NCBI GenBank assembly: GCA_963717145.1
Contig: OY970325.1
Location: 3,744,001-3,808,000 of the forward strand
Length of the DNA stretch: 64,000 nucleotides
From: an uncultured Armatimonadetes bacterium
GTDB lineage: Bacteria > Armatimonadota > UBA5829 > DTJY01
Reading direction: 5' to 3'
Shown: piece after piece, positions 60,140 through 64,000 of the stretch
Numbering within the stretch: position 1 is the first letter of the stretch
Layout of the letters: every line of letters starts with the position of its first letter
Notes under the pieces: generated by a model
The model's database searches: none
Seen by the model: the letters and a program-made list of their open reading frames with translations, nothing else
Told to the model about the DNA's origin: nothing
Translations under genes and position numbers: made by a program

Positions 60140-61666
60140 TCAGGCCTTCTGCGCTGCTACAAACTTCGCCTTGAACTCGTCGATCGCTTTCTTGAGCTTG
60201 TTTTCCGTCTCTTCGCTGAGAATCTTGCTCTTCTTGATGTCGAGCCCGACATCGGCATAACTGCCGTTCATAAAGACCAGGAACTCGCGCTCGAACTGCC
60301 GGACCTGGTTCATCGGAAGATCGTCCAGGTAGCCCGAGTTGCCGACGTACAGGGCCATTACCTGCTGCTCGACCGGCATCGGCTCGAACTGCGGCTGTTT
60401 CAAGGCCTCCGTGAGCCGCGATCCCCTCGTCAACTGCGCCTGTGTCGCCTTGTCGAGGTCGGTCGCGAACTGTGCGAACGCCAGGACCTCTCGATATCGC
60501 GCGAGGTCGATCCTCAATCGGCCGGCGACCTGCTTCATCGCCTTGATCTGCGCGTTGCCCCCTACCCTCGACACCGACACACCGACGTTGATCGCAGGCC
60601 GAACGCCCGCGTAGAAGAGGTCGGTCTCGAGGAAGATCTGCCCGTCCGTAATCGAGATGACGTTGGTCGGGATGTACGCCGAGATGTCGCCCGCCTGGGT
60701 CTCGATGACCGGGATCGCGGTGAGAGATCCACCGCCGAGATCGTCGTTCAACTTCGCCGCGCGCTCGAGGAGTCTAGCATGCAGGTAGAACACGTCGCCG
60801 GGATATGCCTCACGGCCCGGCGGACGCCTCAGGAGCAGTGAAATCTCGCGGTACGCCTGCGCGTGCTTCGACAGATCATCATAGAAAACGACCGCGTGCT
60901 TGCCGTTGTCCCGCGATTCCTCGCCTATCGCGCAACCCGCGTATGGAGCGAGGTACTGCAGGGATGCGGGTTCGCTCGCGGTGGAACTGACAATGGTCGT
61001 GTACGCCATCGCGCCATGTTCCTCGAGCGTCTTGACGACCTGCGCGACGGTGGAGAGCTTCTGCCCGATCGCCACGTAGATGCAGTGGACATCTGAGTCC
61101 TTCTGGTTGATGATCGTGTCCAGGATGATGGCGGTCTTGCCGGTCTGCCGGTCGCCGATGATCAGCTCTCTCTGTCCGCGCCCGATCGGGATCATGCTGT
61201 CGATGGCCTTCAGTCCGGTCTGGAGCGGCTCCTTCACCGGCTGGCGCTCGACGACGCCGGGCGCCTTGACCTCGATGTTCCGGAGTTTGTCCGAAACGAT
61301 CGGACCTTTGCCGTCGAGCGGCTGGCCGAGCGCATTCACGACGCGCCCGACGAGCGCATCGCCGACGGGAACAGAGACGATCCGACCGGTCCGCTTGGCG
61401 GTGTCGCCTTCCTTGATCTCGATATCCGAGCCGAGAACGATGCACCCGACGTTGTCCTCCTCGAGGTTGAAAACGAGCCCGAAGACGCCGCCGTCGAACT
61501 CGATCAGCTCGCCGGCCATGGCGTCCCTGAGGCCGTATAGTCTTGCGATCCCGTCGCCGACCTGCAGTACGGTCCCGACGCCGACCTCCTGGAGTTCCTT
61601 CTCGAAGGACTGAAGCTCCCTCTCCAGGATCGACGTGACTTCTTCGGGTCTTATGTTAGTTGACAT
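60140..61666 (-). CDS. atpA: ATP synthase F1 alpha subunit
   Basis: [30 protein letters not shown]. Confidence 0.98.
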   Translation of the reverse strand: MSTNIRPEEVTSILERELQSFEKELQEVGVGTVLQVGDGIARLYGLRDAMAGELIEFDGGVFGLVFNLEEDNVGCIVLGSDIEIKEGDTAKRTGRIVSVPVGDALVGRVVNALGQPLDGKGPIVSDKLRNIEVKAPGVVERQPVKEPLQTGLKAIDSMIPIGRGQRELIIGDRQTGKTAIILDTIINQKDSDVHCIYVAIGQKLSTVAQVVKTLEEHGAMAYTTIVSSTASEPASLQYLAPYAGCAIGEESRDNGKHAVVFYDDLSKHAQAYREISLLLRRPPGREAYPGDVFYLHARLLERAAKLNDDLGGGSLTAIPVIETQAGDISAYIPTNVISITDGQIFLETDLFYAGVRPAINVGVSVSRVGGNAQIKAMKQVAGRLRIDLARYREVLAFAQFATDLDKATQAQLTRGSRLTEALKQPQFEPMPVEQQVMALYVGNSGYLDDLPMNQVRQFEREFLVFMNGSYADVGLDIKKSKILSEETENKLKKAIDEFKAKFVAAQKA

Positions 61667-61690
61667 CGTCTCTCACTCCCGCCAAAATGT

Positions 61691-61755
61691 GTAGTGGCCG
61701 TGCCTCAGTGCCGGCCAGCAACGTCGTATGGCCGGCACTGAGGCACGGCCACTAC
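61691..61755. repeat. GTAG REP pair between atpH and atpA
   Basis: GTAGTGGCCGTGCCTCAGTGCCGGCCA / TGGCCGGCACTGAGGCACGGCCACTAC. Confidence 0.9.
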
Positions 61756-61764
61756 GCGACAAGT

Positions 61765-62310
61765 CTAGCCCAGCATCTGTTCCCTCAGCGATGCGAGATA
61801 TCCCCGCACGCTGCCGTCTATCACCCTGTCGCCGATCCGGATCGTCAGGCCGCCGATCAGATCGCGGTCCTCCTGCAGTTCGAGATCGGTGTTCTTGCCG
61901 GTAAAACTGTCGAGCTTCTTCTTCAGCGCCCTGACCGAGTCCTCGTCGAGCGGAACGGCACTTGTGACGATGACCGGAACGACGCCCCGCCACTCGTTCG
62001 CCAGGCGGACGTACTCCGGCTCGATCTCGGGCAGTATCGCCTCGCGCCGCTTGTCTATGACAAGCTCGACAAAGCGCAATGTCACGGCATGCACCTTGGC
62101 CCTGAAGATCTCGGATACGATCGTCTTCTTGCGTTCCCTCGGGATGAGCGGATGGTTCAACGCCTCGACGAGCTTCGGCATCGTCTCCAGCGAGTAGTTG
62201 ATCAGGCCGAGATCGCTCTCCACCATGTCTATGACGTCTTTGACGTCCAACTGCCTCGCCGTCTCGAAAAGTGCGCCGGCATATCGTCGCGCGAGGGTCG
62301 TCATCCTCAT
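61765..62310 (-). CDS. atpH: ATP synthase F1 delta subunit
   Basis: ARRYAGALF, LIGG..IRIGDRVIDGSV. Confidence 0.96.
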   Translation of the reverse strand: MRMTTLARRYAGALFETARQLDVKDVIDMVESDLGLINYSLETMPKLVEALNHPLIPRERKKTIVSEIFRAKVHAVTLRFVELVIDKRREAILPEIEPEYVRLANEWRGVVPVIVTSAVPLDEDSVRALKKKLDSFTGKNTDLELQEDRDLIGGLTIRIGDRVIDGSVRGYLASLREQMLG

Positions 62311-62816
62311 GGTTTCGCGCTCCCGATCTGGTCGATGAAATCGTTGACGAGCTTCCGCTGTCTGGCCTCATCGAGCGACTCGCCGATGATCTTCGAGGCC
62401 GCCGCGATCGACAGATCGACGGTCTGCCCCCTGATCTCAGCCAGGATCTTCTCGCGCTCGCGGGCCAGGTCTTCCTCCCCGCGCTTCAGCATCCCGTCCA
62501 CGCGAGTCTTCGCCTCGGCCAGCATGTCGTCTTTGGCGACCTGGGCCTCCTTGATCGCTGCCTGAATCCTCGTCCGCGCCTCGGCCTCGATCCCGGCAAG
62601 CCGCGCGTCGAGGTCCACCTTCAACTGCTCGGCCGCGGCCAGCTGGGCATCGGCCTGGTCGTACGTCCCCTTGATCTCGTTCGCGCGCGACTGCACGAGA
62701 CCCATCACGGGCCCGAACAGGAACTTCTTCAGCAGCATCCACAGCAGCACGAAGCCGATGATCTGCGACGCGATTATCTTGGGGTCAATCCCCAGCTCAT
62801 GAAACAGCTCCGCCAT
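62307..62816 (-). CDS. atpF: ATP synthase Fo b subunit
   Basis: N-terminal TM then KKFLFGP and long coiled coil; operon position. Confidence 0.95.
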   Translation of the reverse strand: MAELFHELGIDPKIIASQIIGFVLLWMLLKKFLFGPVMGLVQSRANEIKGTYDQADAQLAAAEQLKVDLDARLAGIEAEARTRIQAAIKEAQVAKDDMLAEAKTRVDGMLKRGEEDLAREREKILAEIRGQTVDLSIAAASKIIGESLDEARQRKLVNDFIDQIGSAKP

Positions 62817-62938
62817 AAACTCGTCCTCCACCCGTAGGGGTGGCCTTGAGCGGCCTCCCATTGTCGCCAACTGGAGACGCAATAACACTACTGCGCGTCC
62901 TGCGACCATCGCGGGCGTCAACGCCCGCCCCTACGGTA

Positions 62939-63211
62939 CTAGCCTGCTCCGCCGAGCGTGCGTATGATTGCTTCCGTCTCAGGCAGCTTGCCCTGAAGCA
63001 GGAAGAACATCAGAAGCGCGTAGATGACCAGCGATTCAATGAACGCGAGCGCGATGATCATCGCGGTCTGAATCTTCCCGGCTGCTTCCGGCTGCCTCGC
63101 GATGCCCTCCATCGCCGAAGCGGCGGTCTTCCCCTGCCCTATTGCGGCGGACAGGACTGCGATCGGCACACCAAGGCCGACTGCCAATGCCAATGCCATC
63201 AGGTATAGCAC
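62939..63211 (-). CDS. atpE: ATP synthase Fo c subunit
   Basis: IGQG, ARQPEA loop, FIESLVIY. Confidence 0.96.
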   Translation of the reverse strand: MLYLMALALAVGLGVPIAVLSAAIGQGKTAASAMEGIARQPEAAGKIQTAMIIALAFIESLVIYALLMFFLLQGKLPETEAIIRTLGGAG

Positions 63212-63310
63212 AGTGTGTTTCCTCCCTTTCTGATCTTACTCGTAATCGAAAGGCCGGCACCAGAGCGCGGCCACTACACATGTCCAGCATGTCCGACATG
63301 TCATACTTGT

Positions 63311-64000
63311 CTAACCGGCGTGTTCTTCGTGTCCGGAGACCGCAATCGAAATATAGATCGTGGTCAGCATCGCGAACACCAGTGCCTGGACGAACGATGT
63401 GAACACCGCGAAAACCATCAGCGGGAACTGGACGGGTACCGTCAGCACCGGGATGCCATGGTATCGGATCAGGGCAATGCTCATCCCCGCCAGGATGACC
63501 AGGATCGTTTCCTCGCCGAATATGTTGCCGAAAAGACGGATCGAGAGCGAGAGTGGCCTGGCCAATTCGCCGATCACGTGGATCGGGAACATCAGCGGCA
63601 CCAGTACCCACTCTACGGCGCTCCCGGGGTTGCCGAGCAGATGCATGAACCACGCCTTGAGGCCGGTCTCCCGCAGCCCGAAGTAGTTGTACATCACGAA
63701 GACTATCAGCGCCAGGGGGATCGTGATGCTCAGGCCGCTGGTCGGCGCTTTGAACCCCGGGACCAGGCCGATCAGGTTCATGGTTAGCACATATATGAAA
63801 ATAGTGCCGATGAACGCCGTATACTTCTCGCCTCCGTGACCAAGGATCCCGACTACAAAGCCGTTCAGCGAGGAGACGATCAGCTCGACCACGCCCTGTG
63901 TACGCGTCTCCGGGATCTTCCGAAGCTTCCGAGTCGCCAGTATGGAGGCCACGACGAGTGCTAGAATCACCAGCACCGACATGGCCAGAAGCAGCCAGGG
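63311..64000 (-). CDS. atpB: ATP synthase Fo a subunit (5' end probably outside the window)
   Basis: ARPLSLSIRLFGNI, VQALVFAMLT; frame open to the window edge. Confidence 0.95.
   Translation of the reverse strand, partial: PWLLLAMSVLVILALVVASILATRKLRKIPETRTQGVVELIVSSLNGFVVGILGHGGEKYTAFIGTIFIYVLTMNLIGLVPGFKAPTSGLSITIPLALIVFVMYNYFGLRETGLKAWFMHLLGNPGSAVEWVLVPLMFPIHVIGELARPLSLSIRLFGNIFGEETILVILAGMSIALIRYHGIPVLTVPVQFPLMVFAVFTSFVQALVFAMLTTIYISIAVSGHEEHAG

Overview
GC-rich bacterial chromosomal window. GAAC-N4-GTTC SOS boxes, a PEP-CTERM-like protein, an H-X9-DG protein and beta-helix surface proteins suggest an Armatimonadota-like organism (inference only). The left end is an insertion-sequence pile-up: an IS66 inserted in the terminal repeat of a second IS66, then an ISNCY-like element with paired subterminal repeats. 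Housekeeping and metabolic genes follow: pckG, glpD, sugar-alcohol dehydrogenases with an aldolase, a fused siroheme decarboxylase, an OGG-type glycosylase, an ABC exporter, gyrB and the F1Fo ATP synthase operon, plus several secreted carbohydrate-active or beta-helix proteins. Intergenic DNA is crowded with several families of palindromic REP/MITE-like repeats; one family flanks a RAYT transposase, and two families have entered coding sequences in frame. Strongest leads: (1) two near-identical sigma54-promoter / ~65-nt / terminator units carrying an anti-Shine-Dalgarno tract (candidate sibling sRNAs), with a third relative near 52.4 kb; (2) an adjacent LexA-box module with a YneA-like LysM protein, a degenerate RNase HI homolog, a terminase small subunit-like protein and an internally deleted mini large terminase, with no other phage genes; (3) two beta-helix proteins carrying an apparently circularly permuted PHP metallohydrolase domain; (4) a eukaryote-like protein arginine methyltransferase split by IS1182. 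Several small frameshifts, one in atpD, look like assembly indels. All family assignments come from motif recognition by eye, not database searches.
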